A DNA stretch of 64,000 nt from the human T2T-CHM13v2.0 reference genome, Homo sapiens (GCF_009914755.1 NC_060927.1); one strand, 5' to 3'. Positions 33,554-50,266 are shown, counted from the first letter of the stretch. The notes: a model not told the origin generated them from the letters alone. Numbers and translations are program-made.

Positions 33554-36500
33554 GACCAAGAAGGGCAGAACAAAAGGCTCCACTGATCATCCCCTCTGCA
33601 AGTACACCAATTTAACAACTATACACAGAAAAAAACACCTTCATAAGAACCAAAAAATTAGGTGAGCACTCACAGTACCTGGTTTTAACTTCATATTGCT
33701 GAAAAAAGCACTAAAGAGGTAGGAAAAACATCTTAAATCACTGATGCCACCCCTCCCCCATGTTCGGTTGTGGCAGCACGGTGCAGACAGTATTTCTGTG
33801 TGTCAGGTAGAGGAACAGCCAGCAATTGTGAGGCATTTAACTCAGTGTTGCCTTTGTTATAGAAGAAAGCAAAACCAGACCAAACTCAGCTGATGCCCAC
33901 CCACAGAGGGAGCATTTAAACCAGCCCTAGCCAGAGGCAAATCACTGATCCCAGCAATTAAAACTTAAGTTCCTGCAAGCCTAGCCACCATGGACTAAAG
34001 TGCTCTGGGGCCCCAAATAAACTTCAACAGCAGTCTAGGCCACAAAGTCTGCAACTCCTAGGCAAGTCCTAGTGCTGAACTGGTCTCAGAGGCAGTGAAC
34101 TGGGGGGGCATGTGACCTCTTGAGACACCAGCTGGAATAGCTAAGGGCATGCTGGTATCACTCCTCTGACCCCAGGCTGCACAGTTTGTAGCTCCTTTTC
34201 TTCTGCTTGAGGAAGACTGGGGAGGATTCTGTCTTGCACCTTGGATACCAGCTCAGCAGCAGTAGGATAGGGCAACAGTCAGAGGCATGAGGCCCCCTTT
34301 CCAGGCCCTGGCTCCTGGATGACCTTTCTAGACACACTCTGGGCCAGAAGGGAACCCACTGCCTTGGAGGAAAGATTCAGTATGGGCAGGATTCTTCACC
34401 AGCTAACTGAAGAGTCCTTTGGCACTGAATAACCAGCAGTGATACCAACATACTACACTGAGGGCCTAAGACTTGCTGACTTCACATGAGAGTCAGTATA
34501 TTCCCAGTTGTAGTGGCTATGGGGTGAGACTTCTTCTGCTTGAGAAAAATGAAAGGAAAAGTAATGGGATTTCGTCTTGTATCTTAGGTACCAGGTTGGC
34601 TACAAGGGGGAAGAGCACCAAGCATGTTCTTGGGGCCCACAATTCCAGGACTTGGCTCTTGGAAGGCATTTCTGAATCTTCCCTAGGCCAGAGGGGAGCC
34701 CATTTTCCTGGAGGGTGAGTCCCAGACCAGGCAGCACTCACCACAAGCTGAATAAAGAGCACCTGGGCCTTAAGGGAACATCAGCAGCAGTCTAGCAGTA
34801 CTCCCAGTGGGCATGAGGTGGCTGTAGCCACAGGGCAAGACACCTCTGCCTTTGGAAAGGGGAGAGAAGAGTGGGAAAGACTACATCTTGTGGTTTGAGT
34901 GCCTTCTCAGCTGCAATACAATAGAACACCAGGTAGACAGCTAAGGTTTTTGACTTTAGTCCCTGGCTCCCGGATGGCACCTCTGGACTGGCACAGAACA
35001 TGGAAGAACTTGCCACCCTGAAGGGAAGGCAATTCACTGGTGCACAAGCTTCTGCACAGCAAAGGAAATATATTAGTCCATTCTCACACTGCTAATAAAG
35101 ACATACCCAAGACTGGGTAATTTATACAGGAAAGAGGTTTAATTGACTCACAGTTCAGCTTGGGTTGGGAGGCCTCAAGAAACTTACCATCATGGCAGAA
35201 GGGGAAGCAGACACATTCTTCTTCACATGGTAGGAGCAAGGGGAACAATGACTGCCCAGCAAAGGGGGAAGCCCCTTATAAAACCATCATATCTCGTGAG
35301 AACTCACTATCACGAGAATATGATGGGGGAAACCACACCCATGATCCAACTGTCTCCACCTGGTCCCTCCCACAACACAAGGGGATTATGGGAACTACAA
35401 TTCAAGAAGAGATTTGGGTGGGGACACAGCCAAACCATATCAGGAAACAATCAACAAACTGAAGGGATAGTCCACAGAACAGGAGAAAATACTTGCAAAC
35501 TACCCATGTGACAAGGGACTAATAATTAGAATATATAAGGAGCTCAAACAACTCTATAGGAAAACATCTAATTATCTGATTTAAAAATGGGTAAAAGATT
35601 TGAACAAACATTTCTCAAAAGAAGATCTACAAATAGCAAACACACATATAAAAATGTGCTCAATATCACTGATCATCAGAGAAACGCAAATCAAAACTAT
35701 AGTGAGATACCTTCCCCCAGTTCAAATAATTTATATCCAAAAGATAGGCAATAACAAATGCTATCAAGGATGTGGAGAAATGGTAACCCTTGTACACTGT
35801 TGGTGGGAATGTAAATTAGTACAGCCACTATGGAGAACAGTTTTGAGGTTCCTCAAAAAACTAAAAATAGAGCTCTCACATGATCCAGCAATCTCACCAC
35901 TGGGTATATACCTAGAAGAAGGGAAATCAGTATATCAAAGAGATATCTGAACTCCCGTGTATGTTGCAGCACTCTTCACAATAGCCAAGATTTGGAGGCA
36001 AACCAAGTGTCCATCAACAGATTAATGGATAAAGACAATGTGGTACTTACATACAATGGAGTATTATTCAGCCATAAAATAGAATGAGATTTAGTCATTT
36101 CCAACAATATATGGAATTGGAGGTCATTTATTCAGTAAAAAAAAGCCAAGCACAAGACAAACATTGAATGTTCTGACCTATTTGTGGAATCTGAAAATCA
36201 AAACAATTGAACTCATGGAGACAGAGTAGAAGGATAGTTACTAGAGGCTGGGAAGTGTAGCGGGCAGGTGGTGAGGACATGGGAATGGTTAATGATTACC
36301 AAAAAAATAGAATGAATGAATAGGACTTAGTATTTGATATCACATAGGGTGACTATAGTCAATAATAATTTAATTGTACATTTAAAAACTAAAAGTATAA
36401 TTAGATTATTTGTAAAACAAAAGATAATGCTTGAGAGGATAAATAACCTAGTTTCCATGATGTAATTATTACATATTACACATGCCTGTATCAAAACATC

Positions 36501-36562
36501 TCAGGTACACCATAAATATATATGCCTATTATGCACCCACAAATTTTTTAAAAATTATTTTT
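33554..36562 (+). mobile_element. L1MA/L1M1-type LINE with 5'UTR joined directly to ORF2 3' end
   Basis: TSD AAAA(G/A)ATCCCTTA at 33541-33553 and 36563-36575; ORF 35600-35950 is L1 ORF2 C-terminus. Confidence 0.85.
35069..35442 (-). mobile_element. THE1 (C/D-like) solo LTR
   Basis: 374 bp, TATTAGTCCATTCTCACACTGCT...CAGCCAAACCATATCA; 5-bp TSD GGAAA at 35064-35068 and 35443-35447. Confidence 0.93.
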
Positions 36563-37206
36563 AAAAAATCCCTTATGCTTGTTTGCAGACCACCTCTACT
36601 CAAACTCCCAGCCCCAGACAATACCAATCTGGTTTTGGTCTCTAAATTCACCTTTTCTGGATATTTCATATAAACGTAAAAAAATATATAAAATATTTTG
36701 CATCTGGCTTCTTTCACTTAGCATAACGTTTTAAGATTCATTCATATTGCAGAATGTATGGTAACTTTTTATTACAGAATAGTATTCTACTATATGGATG
36801 TATCACATTTTGTTGATCTATTCACCAAATGAGTTGATGGAACTGCAGGCTGTTTCCACGTTTGGCCAACCTGAATGATGCTGCTATGAGTATTCATGTT
36901 CAACTCTTTATGTGGACACGTTTTCACTGTTCATAGGTACATATCAGGAAAAGTGGCTGTGCTGTTTCATATTCCATCAGCAAAGTATGAGAGTTTCATT
37001 CTCTTCACATCCTCACCAACACCTGATATTATATTTTTGATCACAGCCATTATAGTGGGTGTGAGGTATTATCTCATTATGGCTTTAATTTACATTTCTT
37101 CAATGATACATAGTATTGAAAATACTGTCATGTGGTTTTTAGCCCTTTGTCTTTTTTTTCTGTGAAATGCCTATTCAAACCTTTTACCAAATTTTAAACT
37201 GGATGA

Positions 37207-37809
<603 letters not shown>

Positions 37810-38366
37810 TGAGTCCAAAATCCATTTGAGTTTATTTTTGTTTACAGTGTGAGGCAAGGTTCTAAAATAAGTTTTATATATGTGACTATCCAAAGGTCTC
37901 AGCACTATTTGTTGAAAAAAACCTAGTCTTCTGCCCATTAAATTGCTTTAGCACTTCTGTCAAAAATCAACTGGCCATAAATGTAAGGATTTGTTTCTTG
38001 ACTGTCATGCTGCTGCATTGATCTACATGTCCTCTTCATGCCAGTAACATACTAACTTGATTACTGTAGCTTTACAGTAAATTCTGGAATCACTAATTGT
38101 AATTTTGCCACCTTTGTTGTTCTTTTATAAAATTATTTTACCTTTGAATTCCATATAAATTTTAGAATCAGCTCATCAATTTCGACAAAAACAACAAGTG
38201 CTCACTGGGATTTTTCCTATCAAAAAAGTCTAATGAATTTGCAGAAGATTGTCATCTTAACAATACTGAATCTTCCAAATCAATGTCTCTGCATTTATTT
38301 AGATGTTTAATTTCTCTCAGCAGTGTTCTGTAATTTTCAGCATACAAATCTTGCACTACCTTTGTT

Positions 38367-38936
<570 letters not shown>

Positions 38937-39448
38937 TTATTGTTACTGGGATTGGAATTGTTTTCTTAATTTCATTTTTCAATTGCTCTTTGGTAGTAGA
39001 AATGCAATCATTTCTGCATATATTGACTTTCATATTCTGCAACTTTGCTGAACTTGTTCATTCATTTTAGTAGTTTAAAAAATGCATTACATTGGATTTC
39101 CTATGGACACATGTTTATGATTAAAGACAGCTTTCCTTTTTCCTTTGCAATAAGGATGACTTATAATATTTATTTTTCTTGTCTTATTTCATTATACTAG
39201 AATACAATGGTAAATATAAATAATGAATGAAGTCATCCTTGTTTTGTTCCTAATCTTAGAGAGACAGCATTCAGTCTTTCATTTAGTATGATAAGCTATA
39301 TGTTTTTCATAGTTTTCCTTCTTATCCTAGTTTGTGGAAAGTTTTCATCAGAAATGGATGTTAGATTTTGTTATATGCTTTATCTGTCCCTATTATGGTG
39401 ATTATGTGTTTCTTGTTCTTCATTCTACTAACAGGGCATACTACGTTA

Positions 39449-40090
<642 letters not shown>

Positions 40091-41586
40091 TCAATTTCTT
40101 TACTTGTTATATGTCTATTGAAATTTTCTGTTTTTTTTTTCTTGATTCAGTTGTGATAAGTTTCTACCTTTCAAGGAATTTTTCCATGTCAACCAAATTG
40201 TCTATGGAGTTGGCATAAAGTTGTTCACAGTATTCTCTTATCATTTTAATTTCTAAAGGGTTATGAGCAGTGTTCTCCTGTTTTACTGATTTTGGTCATT
40301 TGTGTCTCCTCTCTTATTTTCTTGGACAGTTTAACAAAAGGTTTGTAAGTTTTGTCCATCTTTTCAAAGAACCAACTTTGGTTTCATTGATTTACTGTTC
40401 TGTTTTTACTCTTTTCTGATCTGTGATTTCTACTCCAGTATTTTCCTTCTGCTTTCTTTGCATTTAGTTTGCTGTTCTCTTTCTAGTTTCTTAGGGTGGA
40501 AACTTAGGTTATTGATTTGGGAATCTTTTTTCTTTCTTAACATATGAATTTACAGCTCCAAGTTTCCCTTTAACCACTACTTTGGCTACATTTCATACAT
40601 TTTGGTATGCTGCATTTTCGTTTTCCTTCAGTTCTGATCTTTAAAGTATTTTCCTTATTATTCATCCTTTGACTCATTGGCTATTAAGACACACACTATT
40701 TAATTTATAAGTATGTGAGGATTTCCTCAATTTTTTATCTCATGTTTATTTTTAATTTAATTCCTTTATGGTCAGATAACATACTTTGTATAATTTCAAT
40801 CATTTTAAATTTATTGAAACTCGTTTCATGGCCTAGCATTAAGACTTCTCCCAGAGAAAATTCCATGTGCACTGAAAGAGAATCTGTATTCTGAGATTTG
40901 TGACCACAAATTCTCTGTTCAGTATTTTTGTTATTACTTTACTTTTAAGCCTGGCTTCCTAGGGGTCACTGCTGTGTTAGCATTGCTTGGTGGTCACCAA
41001 CAATTGGTCAGAGGCTGTGCTCAAACACTTTGTACTAGTAAAGCTTCTACCCTTGCTGATGGATCTATGCATCGATTATGGGACAATTCAAAGCTCAGGC
41101 CGTGAACGAGCCTGGCCCAGCTTTTACTCTCTGCTAGGCCCTCTTGTGTCTCCTCTGTAACTGCACAAGGCCTGTCATTTAACCAGAAATGTGTTGATAG
41201 CAAAGGCTCTTTTCAGTCTCTCCAGAATGTGAGCACGTAGCTTCCTGACCCCCAGGGATACGCAGGTACTTATTAAAGCTCAGTATGGCTGACTCCTTCC
41301 CTGGAGTGGCTAACATGCCAGTCTACTGCTTGCCCCAACCAGGATCTCAAACTCAGGCCAGCTGTGATGTTGGCCTTTTCTATTCATATACCACCAACAT
41401 TGCTAAGGTTTCAACACAGGCAGAGTCATGGGGTATTTCCACTGTGCTCCAAATCAAGTCAGCTCGCTCTGGCAATGGAGCTGCTGATTTTCATTGACTG
41501 TACTGACAGAGCTGGGGAAAAAAAGGAGGGACTGCAGCAGCCCCAGACAAAGTTGCCACAGGCTTTCATACTTCTTCTCAAGGTTC

Positions 41587-41593
<7 letters not shown>

Positions 41594-41650
<57 letters not shown>
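41594..41650. repeat. Perfect (TG)28 microsatellite
   Basis: Direct reading. Confidence 0.98.
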
Positions 41651-41653
<3 letters not shown>

Positions 41654-42162
41654 AATAAATGCTTCCTAATTTGTTGTAAGAGTTGATGTCCATAGTCCTG
41701 AAATGGTTATTATTGACTATTTTGTCCAGTTTTACTATTGCTTTTTTGGAAGATAATTTGCTGAGTTCCTTACTCTACCATTTTGTAATTCCTGCCACCT
41801 CTCATTTTAACCTCTGTCTTATTTTCCAGTCTTTTGCTCAAATCACAAGAATACTTGTGATCACAGCATGATCAAGTAAAACATGTCATTGTCAATTATC
41901 CTGAAATCAAGGATGAATGTGGCCCTACTACCCTTGGGAAAGATAATAAACTAAAAATGATTTTTATATATTCCCTTAAAGACCCATTAGATGGTAACAG
42001 AGAAGCCTCAAAATAAGAACCACTGTTTTTTTAATCCCCCTTCCAGAATTTTTAAGATACTTTCATTATTCATAAAAAGTAATGTATGCTCATTTTGGAA
42101 AATCTGGAAAACATGGAAAAGAGGAAAGAAAGATTAAATACCTAAAAATCATCCAAATCCTA

Positions 42163-43040
42163 TGTAAACTAAAAATAAAATCCTAAGCCCCAGAACTGAT
42201 TGAACAGATTACCTCTTGGCCAAGGGGACCCCAAACTGAGTTTACAGCCATGACAGGACAGGAGGTCAGACACACCTCACTATAACCCCTCCCTTTTGCA
42301 GTTTACACACAACTGACCAGCATTTATGTTAAAATAGAAGTTATAAGACTGAAAGAACAGACTCTGTGGCAATAAGATACCAAATTATAGACAGGACCTA
42401 AGGCCATCTAGGCAAGGGTTAAGTTATGCACTATTACACTTAAAGAATGAACTCTGTTCTAGCTGTCACAAGGTTTTTCTTTTTCTCTAGCAGTTAAACA
42501 AGCACTGGCCTTGTGATAAGCAATACTGAAGCAGCTGCAGCTTGCCAACCACCAGACACTTTCTGAGTTCCTTATTCCAGATGTCATAACTATAGCTTCA
42601 ATCGGACAAGAGACTGATTTCAATAACCTTCTCCTGTTAAGAAGACTACCCACTATGGACTGGTTCTGGCCAGTTTAGGGAGGCTGGTCACTCAAATGCC
42701 TTCATGTCCTGAAAAGACCTTTTGAGGTACAGGGCCTAACTGTAATACATTTGAATGTTAAGTCTCCACCCCAAGGTGGGCATGTAACGTGTATGTTTCC
42801 TTATCACTCATGCACACAACCCTTTTCATGAATATTCATAGCTCCCCCTATATCTTGTTGAATATGTATATTTGGTTAACCTGGTCCACTTAAATTCCTA
42901 TCTTATCCCTTCCTTCCTCGAAGTGCTTGCTTTGGGTTTTAAGCTGGAAACAATGCTCTCGCCTGTGGCTTGTAATCCCCTTTTTAAGAAATAAAGTTCT
43001 CTTTTCTAGACTTATAAATGCTGTGATTTTTAAGTTAACA
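42163..43040 (+). mobile_element. MER4-family (MER4D-like, ERV1) solo LTR
   Basis: TG...CA ends (TGTAAACTAAAAATAAAATCCTAAGCCCC...TAAGTTAACA), AATAAA ~42990; 4-bp TSD CCTA at 42159-42162 and 43041-43044. Confidence 0.88.
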
Positions 43041-44870
43041 CCTACCACTTACTAATAATAATTTGAACTACTTATTTACATATTTTTGGTTTTGTGTGTA
43101 CATCAAATTGCACACACATTTTTGTATTATGCATTCATGACAAAATATTTCTAACCTAAAACGGAACCATAATTAACATAGCTCCTATTAGATTTTGGTG
43201 ATTACATCATTGTATACTGATTTTTGCAGGTATTTCTATTTTCTAAAGATAGGTTGCTGGATGTAGACTTGCCTGTCCAAATGATATGGACAGTCTAACA
43301 CAATAGTGGACACTTGAAACCACTACTGAAATATTTTCTAAAAAGGTTCTGCCCAACCTACTACTCACATACTCACATCTTTGGAATTTAATTCATTTTC
43401 ATTTTCATTTCTTTGCTTACCAAGGTTTGCATTTATTTGTGTTTCATATGCTCTTTATCTGTGAAATTTGTCTTCATACCTCTACCATTTCATTTAAAAG
43501 GGTCACAGTGGTTCTTCCTGTCCAGGGCCCTGCAACAACCATCCAGCGAGGTTGGCATTATGAGCTGAGCTGCTATTTTACAAATAAAGACACCAAGGCT
43601 CGAAGGTGTTAAGTTGCTGAATGTCATAAACCCAGTAAATGGTGGGAATGGGTTTCAAACCTAGATTTTACCACTCTAAAAGTTTATGTTTTTGCCATTA
43701 TATTTCTTTCCATAGGTGAAGTAATCTAAAATAATAAAATGATTTGTTTACTTCTCTGATTTTAAAAGAGTGAAAAACATGAGCATTTGGGGATAAGTGG
43801 AAGCATAAAACCTCCTTGTAATTATGGCATTTAAACAGTATTATACCTCAATAAATCTTTTTTTTAAATTGTTCAAAGTTCAGGCTAAAGTTTAGGTTCT
43901 GGAGACAAGGGTATTAGGTACCAATCTCAGATGTGCCACATCCTAGCATTTAATCTGGGACAATTTACTTATCCTGTCTGAGCTTTACATAGTTGTAAAT
44001 GAGGACAATAATAATAATATTTATTTCATATAGATAAAAGAATTAAAACTTTTTAAAATAATTTAATTCCTGCCATACAGTAAATGCTCAAATGTTATCT
44101 GTATAGCTAAATGAATTACATTAACTTTCACAATTATTAAAATAATGTTTCTAAATGTATTTCAAATAGACTCCTATACATAAAGTAGAATTAGTTTACT
44201 TGATTGATAGAACATAAGATACTGTAACAAGCTGATGTACAACATTCAAAAAAGAGTTACGTGGCATAGATGAAGAAGCACTTGGTGTTAGCTATTACTG
44301 AATGTTATTGTATGCCTGTGAAAATGGTAGAGAAAAGACCTCTGAACATTTTTGCTCCATAAAAGCAGTGAGAACACTGACAAAAATGGTCAGGATCAAC
44401 TTTTCAAAACACTGGAAATTAACCAAAGGATTGCATCAGTCTGGGAAGTATTCAAGAAAAACGGCTGAGTATCAGTAAAGTACAGGGCCTTGGGGCTGGC
44501 AAGGCCGGGGCTCCCATCCTACTTTGTCCCTTCCTAAATGTGCTCATGTGGTCCTGCCACACACAAGCTTGACAGGTTCCTTCCTGAGCATCCCTTACAG
44601 CTTTCTCCATGCCTTCCCTGACCTTTGTCCCAGAAGTGACCCTTAAAGCCAGGGAATGGCCCTTGTTTTCTAAGAACAGAGGCAGAGAGGAGGTCTTGGC
44701 TGGGGCCAGACCACTATGTCCTTATTTGACCCTGTAATTCCACTCCCTCCTGAAACGTGTCCCTACGTCAGGCTTGGCCTGAAGTAAATACTAAGAAATA
44801 AATACTGAGAAATAAATTTAACAAAAGAAGTGCAAAACATATACATTGAAAACTACAAAATATCATTGAA

Positions 44871-45234
<364 letters not shown>

Positions 45235-46109
45235 AAAAATATATTTTTTAAAAAATGAAATAAATAGAAAGATATGCCATGTTAATGGACTGGAAGACAA
45301 TATTTTTAAGATGGCAATATTCCTACATTGTTAAAATGACAATACCCCCCACTCCACAAATGATCTACAGATTTAATCTATCCCTATCAGAATCCGAGCT
45401 GACTTCTTTGAGAAACTGACAAGCTGATTCTAAAATATGGAAATGCAAAGGACCCAGAGCAATCTTGAAAAGCATGAACAAAGTTGGAGGACTCCCATTT
45501 CCCGATTTAAAACTTATCACAAAGCTATAGTAAACATGACAGTGTGGTATCAGCATAATGACAGGCATATAAATCAGTGGAAAAAAATTGAAAGTTTAGA
45601 AATAAAACTACATTCAGAAATAAAACTACAGATAATTGAGTTCTAACAAGGGCACCAAGACAATTTAATGGGGGAAAGAATAGTCTTTTTACAGTGCTAC
45701 TGAAACAACTGAATATCCACATGCAAAAGAAAAAAATTTGATCCCCATCTCACATCATATACACAAATTAACTCAAAATGGATCAAAGGCCTACATTTAA
45801 GAGCTAAAACTATACATCTCTTAGAATAAAATAAGTGAAAATCTTCATGCCCTCAGGATAGGTAGTAGTTTCTTAGATAGGATGGCCAAAGCACAAGCAA
45901 TAAAAGAAAAAATAAACTAGACTTCATAAAAATTAAAAACTTTTGTCCTCAAAGGATGCTATCAAGAAAGTAAGAAGACAACCCATAGAATGGGAGGAAA
46001 TTTTTACAAATCATATATCTGATAAGGGTATAGTACATAGAATAGATTTAAAAACTCATATGAATCAACAACGAAAAGATAATCCAATTAAAAATGGGCA
46101 AATAATTTA

Positions 46110-47579
46110 TTTTTAATTTTTGAACTTCTATTTTAGGTTTAGGGGTACATGTGAAGGTTTGTTACATAGGTAAACTCATGTCATGGGGGTTTGTTGTACA
46201 GATTATTTCATCACCCAGGTGTTAAGCCCAGTACCCAATAGTTATCTTTTCTGCTCCTCTCCCTCCTCCCACCCTCCACCCTCAAGTAGACCCCAGTGTC
46301 TGTTGTTTCCTTCTTTGTGTTCATAAGGTCTCATTATTTAGCTCCCACTTATAAGTGAGAACATGCAGCATTTAGTTTTCTGTTCCTGTGATAGTCTGCT
46401 AAAGATAATAGCCTCCAGCTCCATCCATATTCCTGCAAAAGACATGATCTTGTTCTTTTTTATGGCTGCATAGTATTCCATGTAGTATATGTACCACATT
46501 TTCTTCATCCAGTCAGTCACTGATGGGCATTTAGGTTGATTTCATGTCTTTGCTATTGTGAATAGTGCTGCCATGAACATTCACGTGCATGTGCCTTTAT
46601 GGTAGGATGATTTGTATTCCTTTGGATATATACCCAGAAATGGGATTGCTGGGTCAAATGGTAGTTCTGCTTTTAGCTCTTTGAGGAATCACCATACTGC
46701 TTTCCACAATGGTTGAACTAATTTACATTCCCATCAACAGTGTATAAGTGTTCCCTTTTCTCCACAACCTTGCCAGCATGTTACTTTTTTTACTTTTTAA
46801 CAATAGCCATTCTGAGTGGTGTGAGATGGTATCTCATTGTGGTTTTTATCTGCATTTCTCTAATAATCAGTTGATATTGAGCTTTTTTTCATATGTTTAT
46901 TGGCTACATGTATGTCTTCTTTTGAGATGTGTCTCTTCATGTCCTTTGCCCACACTTTAATGGGGTTGTTTTTCTCTTGTAAATTTGTTTAAGTTCCTTA
47001 TATATTCTGGATATAAGACCTTTGTCAGATGCATTGTTTGTAAATATTTTCTCCCATTCTGTAGGTTGTCTGCTCACCCTGCTGATAGTTTCTTTCACTG
47101 TGCAGAAGCTCTTAAGGTTAATTAGATCCACTTGTCAATTTTTGCTTCTGTTGCAATTGCTTTTGGTGTCTTTGTCATGAAATCTTTGCCCGTTCCTATA
47201 TCCAGGATAATATTGCCTAGGTTGTTTTTCAGGGCTTTTATAGTTTTGGGATTTACATTTAAGTGTTTAATCCATTTTGAGTTGGTTTCTGTATATGGTG
47301 TAAGGAAGGGGTTCAGCTTCAATCTGTTCCAAATGGCTAGCTAGTTATTCTAGCACCATTTATTGAATACAAAGTCTTTTCCCCATTCCTTGATTTTGTC
47401 AGCTTTGTTGAAGATCAGATGGCTGTAGATGTGTGGCCTTATTTCTAGGCTCTCTATTCTCCTCCACTGGTCTGTGTGCCTGTTTTTGTACCAGTACCAT
47501 GCGTTTTGGTTACTGTAGCCCTGTAGTATAGTTGATGTCAGGTAACATGATGCCTGCAGCTTTGTTCTTCTTGCTTAGT
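46110..47579 (-). mobile_element. 5'-truncated older L1PA (PA13-16-like)
   Basis: 16-bp TSD ATGGGCAAATAATTTA at 46094-46109 and 47580-47595; minus ORF2 fragments 46338-47322. Confidence 0.92.
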
Positions 47580-48593
47580 ATGGGCAAATAATTTAAATAG
47601 AAATTTCTTCAAGAAGGTATACAAATGGCCAATAAGCAAATGGAAAGATGCTCAACATTATTAATCAACAGTGAAATGTAAATCAAAACCATGAGATACC
47701 ATTTCGCACCCACTGGGATGGGTATAATAAAAAAAGACTAACAATAATATGTCTTGATGAGGATGTGGAGAAATGAGAATCCTCATCATTGCTGATGGGA
47801 ATATTAAACGATACAGCCTCTTTGGAAACAGTTTCAAATACGTAAAGTTCCATATGACCCAGCAATTTCACTCGTAGGTGAGCTCCAAGAGGATTGAAAA
47901 CATATGTCCACACACAAACTGGTATATGAATTGTTCATAGCAGCATTATTAATAATAGCCAAAATGGAAACAACCCAAATGTCCATCAACTGATAAGTTA
48001 ACTAATAAAATATGGTATATCCATACAATGTATTATTCTTCAGGCCTAAAAAGGAATAAATCACTAATATCCATGTTGTGTCTTTCATAGCAATAGAATG
48101 GAAACAATAGTTCTTATTCTTATCTATTCCACTCTACAATATGGATAAACCTTGAAAACATTATGCTAAGTGAAAGAAGCCAGACACAAAAGACCACATA
48201 TAGTATGGTTCCACTTACATGAAGTATTTGAAATAGGCAAATCTAGAGAGACAGAGAGAAAGGGCTAAGGGTAGCAGGGAGTGGAGAGTACCTGCTAATG
48301 GGTACAGGTACTTTTCAGGGTGATGAAAACATTCAAAAATTACATAGTGGTGGTGGTTTCATAACTGTGAATTATACTAAAAATGACAGAATCATCCACT
48401 TTAAAAGGATAAATTTTATGATATGTGGATTATAACTGAATTTAAAAAAGCTATTACTAGTTTAGTCATTTATTGATGATGAGACTTTGGGTAAATGGAA
48501 TTTTAGGAGAAAGGTATAGATAAAATGAGAACTACTATTTTTATTCCATTACTATGAAACACACTAGTTTCTTGGTGATGTCCTGAAATGTTA

Positions 48594-49047
48594 GTCATTG
48601 TGGGTTGAACTGTGTCCCCCACAAAGATATGTTCAAGTCCTAACCCTGGTACATGTGATTGTGACCTTATTTGTGAATAAGGTATTTGTAGATGTAATCA
48701 AATTAACATGAAGTCAGAATGGATTAGAGTGGGCTTAAATCCAATGACTGGTGTCTTTATAAATAGGGGGAAATCTGAACAAAGACAGACGGAGAGGATG
48801 CTGTGCGACAATGGAAGCAGAGATTGGAGTGATACACCTACAAACAAAGGAATCCGAAAGACTGCTGGCAATTGCCAGAGACTAGGACAGAGGGATGGTA
48901 CAGATTCTCCCTCAGTGCCTCCAGAAGGAACCAATCCTGCCGAAACCTTGATTTTGGACTTTCAGCTTCCAGAAACAGTAAATATACATTGTTTTAAGCT
49001 ATCCAGTTTGTGGTGACTTGTTATGGCAGCCCTCAGAAACCAATACA
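48594..49047 (+). mobile_element. MLT1 (C-like) MaLR solo LTR
   Basis: TGGGTTGAACTGTGTCCCCC...CCTCCAGAAGGAACCAATCCTGCC...GTTATGGCAGCCCTCAGAAACCAATACA. Confidence 0.88.
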
Positions 49048-49610
49048 GTAATTTCCACATCATCAGTCTTGAAGAAAAAGGTTATAGGAACAGGAGTCAA
49101 CCTCTTGGAGTTTCAATTTCCTCCCCTATAAATTGGGAATAATAACATCTGTCCTTCCATTGTACTGAGAAAATGATCATAAAAATACTAAGAAACTGAT
49201 TTATAAATGCAGGGTATTACTCTTTCGGATGTATGCTTCTAATTGCTTTGTCAGCTCTAATTTATTGCGTTGTTCTCTTTCCCTTTCTTTAAGATCATCT
49301 ATTTTCAAGTAACATTTGCCTTCCTTGGAGAAGTTACTGTTTGGGTGTTAAGTTGCTTATTTAAAAAATAACCATCTCTAGCATAAAAGTGAGAATTCAA
49401 ATTATACATCTGTAACACCACCCACTCTCCTAACCTCCCAAGCATACACTTTGCCATAAATTGACAACAAATTCACCCTTCATTTTAGGAGATATCAAGC
49501 ACTGTAACCTTTTGTTAATACACAGATGTAGGACATTGCTTGTTCCAGCTAATTGACTATTCTGTTGAGCCTAACAGTACCATCACAAACGATCACTTTC
49601 TGAAGCTTAC

Positions 49611-49630
49611 CATAAAGAAGATATTTGGCA
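49611..49630 (-). CDS. Candidate 20-nt microexon
   Basis: Minus strand tccttaac...actttcag|TGCCAAATATCTTCTTTATG|gtaagc. Confidence 0.25.
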
Positions 49631-50258
49631 CTGAAAGTACGTTTTTCACAAATCACAAATCAGTTAAGGATTCACAATTATCAACACAAACTATGATTAT
49701 AAGATATTTCCAATTATTTATAGTCTTGAAAACTTTTTTTTAAAGTTTAAAATAAATTGCGCACCAATCAAAATTTGACAGTATCCAACAAGAGGAAAAT
49801 CTGTCAAATGTTTTAAAATATCTCCGACATTCACTCTTTAGATCTTTCTATCCTTCCTCACCTATGCTCTCCAGAATGTATCACTATAATTGCAGAAGAT
49901 TTTTATTCCTTAGGCAATATATACATTCTCTTTTTCATTTTTACACGAAAATCTCACACATATTTAAATAGAGGACATTTCACAGGTACACAAAGATACA
50001 CACATGGATATTCATGGTAACACTAATAGCAAAACAGAGGGAAAACTTGGAGGTCCACCATAAGGATCTAGATAAATAGGTTATGTTCTAGCCATGCAAT
50101 GGTATATATAGCGCTATTAAAAAGAGTGAGACAGATTTAGTAGTATGGAAATCGTCTCAAGGCAGGTAACAGAGAAAGCCCCACTGTCACTACCAAACCA
50201 AATGCCAAAAAGTGTGAATGGTATGATTCCACTTGTGGGAAAAAGGACTGTAATATCA

Positions 50259-50266
50259 TACACACG

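Noticed and set aside
49631-49670. TCCTTAAC as U12-type branch point
   Set aside because: Rather far from the AG, and I noticed no matching GTATCCTT donor upstream on the minus strand; also fits a U2 branch site.
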